Both the position numbers and the translations under genes were made by a program. Under the pieces are notes generated by a model. That model was not told the origin of the DNA and did not search any database. It saw only the letters and a list, made by a program, of their open reading frames with translations. From Candidatus Woesearchaeota archaeon (lineage in GTDB: Archaea; Nanobdellota; Nanobdellia; Woesearchaeales; UBA11576): 24,000 nt of DNA. The stretch is taken from NCBI GenBank assembly GCA_018675335.1, contig JABGYH010000008.1, positions 38,605 to 62,604 on the forward strand. Direction: 5' to 3'. Of the stretch, positions 7,024-13,783 are shown one piece after another (within the stretch, counting starts at the first letter, position 1; each line of letters starts with the position of its first letter).

Positions 7024-8339
7024 AAACAACAAAACCTTATCTATTAACTATTTTTATCACACTAATTTTATTGATGTTAGTTTCACTAGTTACATCAAGT
7101 TTATCTGATTCACAATCAATCTCGATAAGTTTAGTTAATCAAGATCCAGATCCGGCAATCGCAGGAGACACAGTTGAATTAAGATTTGGAATTGCAAATA
7201 CTGGAGGCATTGTTGCAAGTAATTTAATTACAGAACTTGAGATTGAATATCCTTTTAGTTTAGTTTCAGGACAAACATACTTACAAAATGTTGGAACAGT
7301 AAATCCTTATCAGTTGGAAGAAAATATAAAAATTGTAAAATATAAACTTAAAATTGATCAAACAGTTGCAGCAGGAACATATGAAATTAAAATTAAATAT
7401 TATGAACAAGGCTCAACAATTAAAAAACAAAAAACATTCAATGTTGAAATTAAAAATCAAGAAAATGCAGAAATAATACATATAGATCAAACAACATTAA
7501 TTCCAGGAAAACAAACCACCCTAAAATTTACAATAAATAATGTTGGAAATGCCCCTCTTAAAAATATTAGATTCTACTGGCAAAATTCAGACGAAATAGT
7601 ACTTCCTGTTGGAAGCGATAACACCAAATACATCAAATATTTAGAAATGGGAGAAAGCAAAGACTTAGAATATCAAGTAATAGCAGACACAAATGCAGCC
7701 CCCGGACTTTATAGTTTAGATTTATACTTAACTTATGATGACCCAATAACAAATGAACAAACAAACACATCAACAATTGCAGGAATATATGTTGGAGGAG
7801 AAACTGACTTTGAGGTTTCATTTTCAGAAAAAACCGGAATGGAAACTGCATTTAGTATATCCAATATAGGAAGCAATCCTGCAGCCTCCGTTTCTATTTT
7901 AATTCCAGAACAAAAAAATTGGAAAATAACTGGAGCTAATTCTGCGATAATCGGCAACTTAAACAAAGGAGATTATACTGTTGCAAGTTTTTCATTAGAA
8001 CAAGATTTAAATCAAAAAATCAAACCGTTTCAAAAAAATAATCAAACAGAATCTGGCGAAAATACAATAATAATTCAAGTAGCATACACGGATACAATGG
8101 GAGAACGAAAAATTGTTGAAAAAGAAGTTGCATTAAATGCAGCAATAAATCAAGCTAACGAAGAATTGATGCAACAAAGATCAAACATGAGAAAACAAAA
8201 CCAAGGATTTTTTGCAAAATATAAATGGCACATAATAGGCTCCGCATTAATAATTTTATTAGGAATTATTTATTCAAAATACAAAACAAAAAAATTAGAA
8301 AATCCAAATTTTAACATCATAAACTTATTTAAAAAATAA
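7020..8339 (+). CDS. COG1361-type (CARDB/S-layer-like beta-sandwich repeat) ABC accessory protein with N- and C-terminal membrane anchors
   Basis: An N-terminal hydrophobic segment is followed by three ~110-aa repeats with the pattern hxxxPxxxxxGxxxxhxhxhxNxGxxxhxNh (for example PAIAGDTVELRFGIANTGG and LIPGKQTTLKFTINNVGNAP). A C-terminal TM segment follows (WHIIGSALIILLGIIY). Placement between a MacB-type ATPase and permease is a common archaeal arrangement. Confidence 0.75.
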   Translation: MKTTKPYLLTIFITLILLMLVSLVTSSLSDSQSISISLVNQDPDPAIAGDTVELRFGIANTGGIVASNLITELEIEYPFSLVSGQTYLQNVGTVNPYQLEENIKIVKYKLKIDQTVAAGTYEIKIKYYEQGSTIKKQKTFNVEIKNQENAEIIHIDQTTLIPGKQTTLKFTINNVGNAPLKNIRFYWQNSDEIVLPVGSDNTKYIKYLEMGESKDLEYQVIADTNAAPGLYSLDLYLTYDDPITNEQTNTSTIAGIYVGGETDFEVSFSEKTGMETAFSISNIGSNPAASVSILIPEQKNWKITGANSAIIGNLNKGDYTVASFSLEQDLNQKIKPFQKNNQTESGENTIIIQVAYTDTMGERKIVEKEVALNAAINQANEELMQQRSNMRKQNQGFFAKYKWHIIGSALIILLGIIYSKYKTKKLENPNFNIINLFKK

Positions 8340-8394
8340 AAAAATAAGTTGGATGAAAATGAGTTGGATAATAAAAAAAAGTTAATGAAAACAA

Positions 8395-9627
8395 ATGAAG
8401 CCACTTAAAAGTTTTAAACATGCACTAAAAATGGTGCTTAACAGCCAATTGCGAAGTTGGTTAACAATAGTTGGAATTGTCATAGGTGTTGCTGCAGTAA
8501 TTGCAATAGTTTCAATTGGGGAAGGAATGCAAGCATCATTAGAGGCACAAATGGGCTCGTTAGGCGGAGATTTATTAACACTAACCGCAGGCAACTCTAA
8601 AGGTTCGCGTATGTTTGGACACGGAGGAGGATCAAGTTCTGTCGCCACTGCAACTACTGAAAAAATAGTGATAAGTAGAACTGATTTGCAAGCACTTAAA
8701 GGAATTCCAAATATAGAATTTATAGACACCCAAATAAGGGGAAATGTTGATGTTTCATATTTAGGGAAAACAGGAACTGTTTCTTTGAGCGGAGTTGAAC
8801 AAAAAACTTGGTCAGACATAACAACAGTAGAAATAAACGAAGGAAGATTTCTTGACAGTGCAGATCAAAATGTAATAATAATTGGAGGTCGACTTGCAAG
8901 TTCATTTTTTGATCATCCCATTGGAATTAACAAAATGTTAACAATTGAAAACAGCGCATTTCGAGTTGTCGGGATAATAGATGATTCTAGTACAAACATA
9001 TATCTACCCATACAAATGGCATATCAAGTTTTAGAAAATAAAGAACAAGATATTTATGATTCAATAATTATGAAAGTCAAAGATGAAGATCAACTTGATT
9101 TTACAATCGCAAAAATAGAAAAAAAATTAATGACTGTGCGACACGTAAACAACAAAACAAAAGACTTCACAATATCCTCAAGTAAACAACTGATGGAAAC
9201 AAGATCTGAAATGATGAATTCCATGAACTTGTTTTTATTGGCAATTGCCGCAGTATCCTTAATAGTTGGAGCAGTTGGAATTGCAAATACAATGTTTACC
9301 TCAGTTTTAGAAAAAACAAAAGAAATAGGCATCATGAAAGCCATAGGTGCAAAAAATAGAGACATACTTTTTATTTTTATTTTAAATGCCGCACTCATTG
9401 GACTCGTCGGAGGAATTTTAGGAATCTTTTTTGGAATAATACTCTCAGAAGCCATGAATATGATGATTGGGGCTTCTATGCGAATGCTAAAAGGAGGAAC
9501 AATAGTATCACTTAACTCAATAATTATGGCAATAAGTGTATCTGTAAGTGTTGGATTAATTGCAGGAATTATACCTGCTTACAAAGCATCAAAACTAAAA
9601 CCAGTAGATGCGCTGAGATATGAATAG
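8395..9627 (+). CDS. MacB-like ABC transporter permease (MacB_PCD plus FtsX domains)
   Basis: The N-terminal TM segment LRSWLTIVGIVIGVAAV is followed by a large extracytoplasmic domain. The C-terminal FtsX region contains GIANTMFTSVLEKTKEIGIMKAIGA and ends PAYKASKLKPVDALRYE. Confidence 0.9.
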   Translation: MKPLKSFKHALKMVLNSQLRSWLTIVGIVIGVAAVIAIVSIGEGMQASLEAQMGSLGGDLLTLTAGNSKGSRMFGHGGGSSSVATATTEKIVISRTDLQALKGIPNIEFIDTQIRGNVDVSYLGKTGTVSLSGVEQKTWSDITTVEINEGRFLDSADQNVIIIGGRLASSFFDHPIGINKMLTIENSAFRVVGIIDDSSTNIYLPIQMAYQVLENKEQDIYDSIIMKVKDEDQLDFTIAKIEKKLMTVRHVNNKTKDFTISSSKQLMETRSEMMNSMNLFLLAIAAVSLIVGAVGIANTMFTSVLEKTKEIGIMKAIGAKNRDILFIFILNAALIGLVGGILGIFFGIILSEAMNMMIGASMRMLKGGTIVSLNSIIMAISVSVSVGLIAGIIPAYKASKLKPVDALRYE

Positions 9628-9658
9628 AGATATACTTAAAATAAAATAATTATCATCA

Positions 9659-10495
9659 TCACTCCACACATATTTTATTTAATTTATTAGCTTTATCAGT
9701 AAATACCCTCTCAATTCTTTTTATTCCTGTCCTGTCAAGAACTATTCGAAACCGCCTATACGCAGGAATTTTTTGTGCAGTGTACTTAATAATTAAATTA
9801 AGATGATATGTTTTACCACTTTTAACAGAATTAAATGAATTCCCGTTTAAAACAAATACATCTTTTTGCGGATCATCCATCTTACCCAAAAATTTCGAAA
9901 TATTAAATCTTAAAACATCATTAATACCTTGAATTGCATTACTCCTATAAATCTTTTTAAACTTTTTAGAAAATAAATTTGTGAATTTTTTGTAAGTGAA
10001 TACTGTTTCACCCCTATAAAAATGTTCAACATCATTAACATGAAAATTATCCCTAAGTTTTTTAATAGTTTTTGGAATGTCCTTTCCCCTAATGAACGAA
10101 AAAAATTCTTTACAACTACCAATTTTAATCTCAGGACTAGAAAAAATACTCATCTCATAATCAAAATATTTTTTTAACAAAATATTCTTCAAATATTGTT
10201 TTAGTGCATCATTAATTCTATCTTTAAAAACATAACTAATAACTAAAGATAAAAAGAAAAAAGTAGTAAAATTTCCAAAATGAAATTGAGTGATGAATGC
10301 AATTCCCGTTGCAAAAAACATTGATGCAGCAGCAGCCAAACCAAATGCTGCATGCTCAGCAAAACGTCCTGCTTTTTTAGTATCAGTATCAAGACAAAGC
10401 ACATTTTGAAAAAACTTTTTTAAAATACCCATGCGAAAAATAAAATGTTCATTGTCAATATTATTTTTAGGCACTGAATAATAATTATTCTTCAT
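9659..10495 (-). CDS. hypothetical membrane-associated protein (two central hydrophobic helices plus a soluble C-terminal domain)
   Basis: ORF-track frame, with hydrophobic AAFGLAAAASMFFATGIAFITQ and FTTFFFLSLVISYVF segments. I recognise no family. The frame stays open 25 codons upstream of the ATG with no alternative start. Confidence 0.55.
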   Translation of the reverse strand: MKNNYYSVPKNNIDNEHFIFRMGILKKFFQNVLCLDTDTKKAGRFAEHAAFGLAAAASMFFATGIAFITQFHFGNFTTFFFLSLVISYVFKDRINDALKQYLKNILLKKYFDYEMSIFSSPEIKIGSCKEFFSFIRGKDIPKTIKKLRDNFHVNDVEHFYRGETVFTYKKFTNLFSKKFKKIYRSNAIQGINDVLRFNISKFLGKMDDPQKDVFVLNGNSFNSVKSGKTYHLNLIIKYTAQKIPAYRRFRIVLDRTGIKRIERVFTDKANKLNKICVE

Positions 10496-10549
10496 TCGAT
10501 ATGCTACTTCACAACGTATAACTCCCCTTAATTGTTTTTTGAAGAATAA

Positions 10550-10735
10550 AAAACACTTCGTGAAAACGAATTAATTGATGCTTGGATTACCTCAGCAGGA
10601 TTTGATTCCTACGGAAATTCTAACGGAACAATATACAAAGGCAAAACGCCATTATTTGATCAAAAAACTGGACTGATGCAAGATAGATATGAATATATCA
10701 GACAAACAAATCCAGATAACCCTTGGAAAGAATAA
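10550..10735 (+). pseudogene. start-less 61-codon open frame, probable 3' remnant of a gene
   Basis: My translation is KTLRENELIDAWITSAGFDSYGNSNGTIYKGKTPLFDQKTGLMQDRYEYIRQTNPDNPWKE*. The amino-acid composition looks protein-like. The only ATG/GTG/TTG before the last 19 codons is absent, and the frame is bounded upstream by TAA at 10547-10549. Confidence 0.3.
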
Positions 10736-10739
10736 ATAC

Positions 10740-11852
10740 TTATTCAAAATAAGATTCTATAAACGTTCTTCTTAATATTTGTTGATATGGCCTTAATGAA
10801 TCCCAACCAGAAACCCAACCACCAGTTAATCTTGGACGACGCTCAAAAAATAAATGCAAAGCATTTTCTGCAGACTCTACAACTTTAACTAAATTAGCCA
10901 ATATTGCAGGATCCAGTTCACGTAATTTTTTTGCAGTTTCCCCACTAGGATCCACTGAAAAATAATCCAAACCAGAATTACCACACTCATTTTCAAAAGT
11001 AAAAATAAACTTTCTTCTTCTGTCCCACTCATAGAAAATAGGATTAATAACTTTTTCTTGCGCAGCATATGCTACCCCATCACCCGAAGGAATATCATCC
11101 CTAATATCTAGTTCAGCAGCCAATTTATCGTTTAAATCATCAACTATTTTCTCACCCAAATAGTCAGGAGGATAAAATAAATGAGACGTTCCAAAATCAG
11201 TTACAAAAAAACCACCATTCAAACCAATATGAAATTCATCTAAAAAATGATTGTGAGCATAATTAACTTCGCATTTTGCAATTGCAGCATAAATTTTTGC
11301 ACCACTCTCAATTACAACTCGCATACCTGCAGAATAATTATTACATAGCAGTGCCAAATCCAATAAAGAAAAATGCTCAGGAGGTAACACATCTTCTGCA
11401 AAAATTGAATCACCAAATTTCAATATTTTAGGTGCAACTTTTCCTGCAACTTTTTCTAAAACCAAACGTTCTTGTTCTTTTGAATAATCATCATAAGTTT
11501 TTACAACAAAATCCGAAATGTCAGGTAAATTATGATCTGAAACCAATAGAGGAATTCTTGTGCTCCCCCTTGCAATTTCACCTTTACTATCGCGAATAAA
11601 ATCAATTCTTGCTTGAGCCACACCCATTTCTCTTAAAAAATTATGAACTGCAACAAAATAATCATCATTCAAATATTTAAAATGAGAATTTCTTGAAAGT
11701 TCTGATGCATCAGCGGCAACTTCATTAATGGATCTAGCACAAACAAAGTTGATATCATCTGAAAAAGAAACGCCAGGAGGAATGCCATTTAGCTCAGTGT
11801 ACGTTAATGCAACTTTATCAAATTGAGCACCCATATCAACACAATAATCCAT
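10740..11852 (-). CDS. orphan hypothetical protein (370 aa), soluble, no family recognised
   Basis: A long ORF with non-repetitive, globular-looking composition (rich in D/G/A/V/F, poorer in K/N/I than neighbouring hypotheticals). The track starts at TTG 11864; the first ATG is 11852. Confidence 0.7.
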   Translation of the reverse strand: MDYCVDMGAQFDKVALTYTELNGIPPGVSFSDDINFVCARSINEVAADASELSRNSHFKYLNDDYFVAVHNFLREMGVAQARIDFIRDSKGEIARGSTRIPLLVSDHNLPDISDFVVKTYDDYSKEQERLVLEKVAGKVAPKILKFGDSIFAEDVLPPEHFSLLDLALLCNNYSAGMRVVIESGAKIYAAIAKCEVNYAHNHFLDEFHIGLNGGFFVTDFGTSHLFYPPDYLGEKIVDDLNDKLAAELDIRDDIPSGDGVAYAAQEKVINPIFYEWDRRRKFIFTFENECGNSGLDYFSVDPSGETAKKLRELDPAILANLVKVVESAENALHLFFERRPRLTGGWVSGWDSLRPYQQILRRTFIESYFE

Positions 11853-11893
11853 AATAAACCCCAAAATAACACACTTTTCAACCAGGTTCGGAT

Positions 11894-11954
11894 TTAGATC
11901 GTTAATGTTAGATCATACCTCACAAATTAGATCATACAGCTAAATTAGCACATA
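11894..11954. repeat. four-copy direct repeat array TTAGATCATAC (two perfect copies at 11908-11918 and 11927-11937; degenerate copies at 11894-11902 and 11945-11954)
   Basis: Read directly from the sequence. Spacing is 14, 19 and 18 nt. The array lies 40-100 nt upstream of the orphan gene start, between that gene and the tRNA 3' end. Confidence 0.6.
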
Positions 11955-12017
11955 ATACCCAGTTTTGATTGAATCACCAATTTTAGAACTAAAAAAAATA
12001 TTTGAAAATAAAAACAA

Positions 12018-12092
12018 TGAGCCCGCCGAGATTTGAACTCGGGACCACTCGATTATCAGTCGAGCACTATAACCAGACTAAGCCACGGGCTC
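12018..12092 (-). tRNA. tRNA-Ile (anticodon GAU), 75 nt, no encoded CCA, no intron
   Basis: The reverse complement folds by hand into a cloverleaf. Acceptor stem GAGCCCG/CGGGCUC, D-loop AGUCUGGUUA, and anticodon stem CUCGA/UCGAG with loop CUGAUAA. Variable loop UGGUC, T-arm CCGAG-UUCAAAU-CUCGG, discriminator A. An oligo-T tract follows downstream. Confidence 0.93.
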
Positions 12093-12119
12093 ATATACCA
12101 TTCAAAAATAAATGAGTCA

Positions 12120-12127
12120 TTTATAAA
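12120..12127 (-). promoter_or_regulatory. TATA box candidate (TTTATAAA) for the tRNA-Ile gene
   Basis: The box is centred about 31 nt upstream of the mature tRNA 5' end, which fits a TSS a few nt upstream of position +1. Confidence 0.4.
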
Positions 12128-12360
12128 CTTTACGCATGAATTGGAGCACCATTTAAAAAGAAACCTTAGTTTGACCCCTCAAGGGGGAAGTTACAATAAT
12201 ATGCTAGATCCAACATACAATATAATATGATCAAAAAATACGAAACAGAAGAAGAAAAATACGCAACCCACATCCAGGTGTCATTTGAGAGCAACAAGGA
12301 TAGCGCACTCGAAAAGCTAATGATTGGCTAAACCACCCTTAAGGGGAAAAAATAGAAATA

Positions 12361-12368
12361 TTTAATAA
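12361..12368 (+). promoter_or_regulatory. TATA box candidate (TTTAATAA) for a leaderless TrmB-family transcript
   Basis: The box centre is about 26-27 nt upstream of ATG 12391. No Shine-Dalgarno sequence sits at a usable distance from that ATG. Confidence 0.4.
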
Positions 12369-12390
12369 GGTGACTTTTATAACTCAAAAA

Positions 12391-13146
12391 ATGATAGAAA
12401 AACTACTAGAAGAAATAGGCTTAACAAAATCTGAATCAAAAACATATCTTGTTCTACTAAATCTTAAAGAATCAACAACTGGACCAATATCAAAACAAGC
12501 AAACGTATCCAGTTCAAAAATATATGAAGTTTTACAAAAACTCATCAACAAAGGACTAGTAACCGAATATTCAGAAAAAAACATCAAACATTTTCGAGTT
12601 GCAAATCCTAACCGAATAAAAGACTATTTAGAAAGTAAAAAAAAGAAAATAGAAGAAGAGATGAATCAAATAGAAGAAGTTTTACCAGGACTCGAACAAA
12701 TCTACAAAGAAGGAAATGATAAAGAAACACAAGTTGAATTATTTCGAGGCTACGAAGGAGTTCGATCAGTGTTTAATGATTTACTAAAAGATTTGAAAAA
12801 AGGAGATGAACTACTAGTCATGGGAGGAGGAGATAGACCTTCTGGCAATCCAAAAACAAAAGCATTCTTCGAAAATATACACTTAAGGCGAAGTGAAAAA
12901 GAAGTTAAACTAAAAATAATATTTAATGATAAAAGAAAAGGCTTTTTCAAACAGATGACAATATTTCCTCACACCGAAATAAAATATATTCCTTTTGGAA
13001 CTCCATCAACAACAAATATTTACAAAGACACAACAGTTCTTCTAACAATGTCACCAACACCTGCCGCAATAAGAATACAAAGTAAACAAATAACTGAAAG
13101 CTATAGAAAACAATTTCAAGAAATGTGGCGACAAGCAAAGAAATAA
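12391..13146 (+). CDS. TrmB-family transcriptional regulator
   Basis: The N-terminus MIEKLLEEIGLTKSESKTYLVLLNLKESTTGPISKQANVSSSKIYEVLQKLINKGLV is the TrmB wHTH pattern. A coiled-coil linker and a C-terminal TrmB-like effector domain follow. The track starts at GTG 12370; I prefer ATG 12391. Confidence 0.8.
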   Translation: MIEKLLEEIGLTKSESKTYLVLLNLKESTTGPISKQANVSSSKIYEVLQKLINKGLVTEYSEKNIKHFRVANPNRIKDYLESKKKKIEEEMNQIEEVLPGLEQIYKEGNDKETQVELFRGYEGVRSVFNDLLKDLKKGDELLVMGGGDRPSGNPKTKAFFENIHLRRSEKEVKLKIIFNDKRKGFFKQMTIFPHTEIKYIPFGTPSTTNIYKDTTVLLTMSPTPAAIRIQSKQITESYRKQFQEMWRQAKK

Positions 13147-13150
13147 ATAC

Positions 13151-13651
13151 TCAATTACCCGGTTTTGATGACACTACGCAATCCCCAAGCCAAGCAAACT
13201 CACCATTCAAATAAACACTAACAGCCTCATCTGCAACAACTTTAAGAAAAGTTCTACTCGTTGTATCTTCTGGTCTTTTAAAACGCAAGGTGTTCTTTCT
13301 AACTCCCCCATATTCAACACTAGGTGCTAAAACTAAAACAAATCGATCACTTTGAACTGGAAGATCAACAGGATCATAATCTTTATTTTGCCACACACTC
13401 TTCCCATCAACAAACGCTGCAGCAACCGCAGTATAGCCTATATGTAATTGACCTCTACCCTCACCCGCATAAGCTAAAGAAACACAATGAAGTCCCCCTC
13501 CAATGTATTTAACTCCTTGTCTAAAAACAATTGCAGGCCCAACTAAATTAGTTGAATCCGCTGAATCAACTAACTCATCTAATGATCCAACAGGAGTTTG
13601 ATCTGAGCCTTGACTTGGAGTTTGAGTGGGTTGTGATTTTACAGCAGTCAT
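13151..13651 (-). CDS. orphan hypothetical protein (166 aa) with a disordered S/T/Q/P-rich N-terminus and a probably beta-rich C-terminal domain
   Basis: ORF-track frame. Hand counts of four 60-nt blocks give 37-48% GC (mean about 43%), among the highest sampled in the window. I recognise no motif. The stop lies 4 nt from the TrmB-family stop, tail to tail. Confidence 0.6.
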   Translation of the reverse strand: MTAVKSQPTQTPSQGSDQTPVGSLDELVDSADSTNLVGPAIVFRQGVKYIGGGLHCVSLAYAGEGRGQLHIGYTAVAAAFVDGKSVWQNKDYDPVDLPVQSDRFVLVLAPSVEYGGVRKNTLRFKRPEDTTSRTFLKVVADEAVSVYLNGEFAWLGDCVVSSKPGN

Positions 13652-13753
13652 TTAAAAACTAATGACAACATAATATAAAAGAATTTCTAAACTGCGAAAT
13701 ACGTGCTGTAAAATTTATTTTTGACAAAAAGCTTTTAACATACTCAGACAAAA

Positions 13754-13761
13754 TTTAAATA
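13754..13761 (+). promoter_or_regulatory. TATA box candidate (TTTAAATA) for a leaderless helicase-fragment transcript
   Basis: The box centre is about 26 nt upstream of ATG 13784. No Shine-Dalgarno sequence is present. Confidence 0.4.
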
Positions 13762-13783
13762 ACAGATAGAGTTTTAACAAATT

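Noticed and set aside
8382-8819. 145-aa minus-strand ORF across the 5' end of the permease gene
   Set aside because: It is antisense to the clearly recognisable MacB-type permease. The translation is Pro/Ser/Cys/Ile-rich with no motif, so it is a shadow ORF.
11170-11250. Kinase-like reading of HFLDEFHIGLNGGFFVTDFGTSH in the 370-aa orphan (HxD...N...DFG)
   Set aside because: Spacing does not fit the protein-kinase-like catalytic loop: Asp to Asn is 6 residues rather than 5, and Asn to DFG is 8 rather than about 13. I saw no glycine-rich loop or VAIK-type lysine upstream. This is too weak to call.
12033-12230. 65-aa plus-strand ORF
   Set aside because: Its first third is the antisense strand of the tRNA-Ile gene, so this is a chance frame.
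10496-13651. Idea that the tRNA-Ile neighbourhood is an integrated mobile element or genomic island
   Set aside because: There is no integrase, transposase or replication gene, and I could find no direct repeat of the tRNA 3' segment (att site). The apparent GC elevation of the orphan genes (about 38-44%) overlaps the range I counted for conserved enzymes such as purA (30-45% per block). Composition alone therefore does not prove foreign origin. The disturbed features are reported individually instead.
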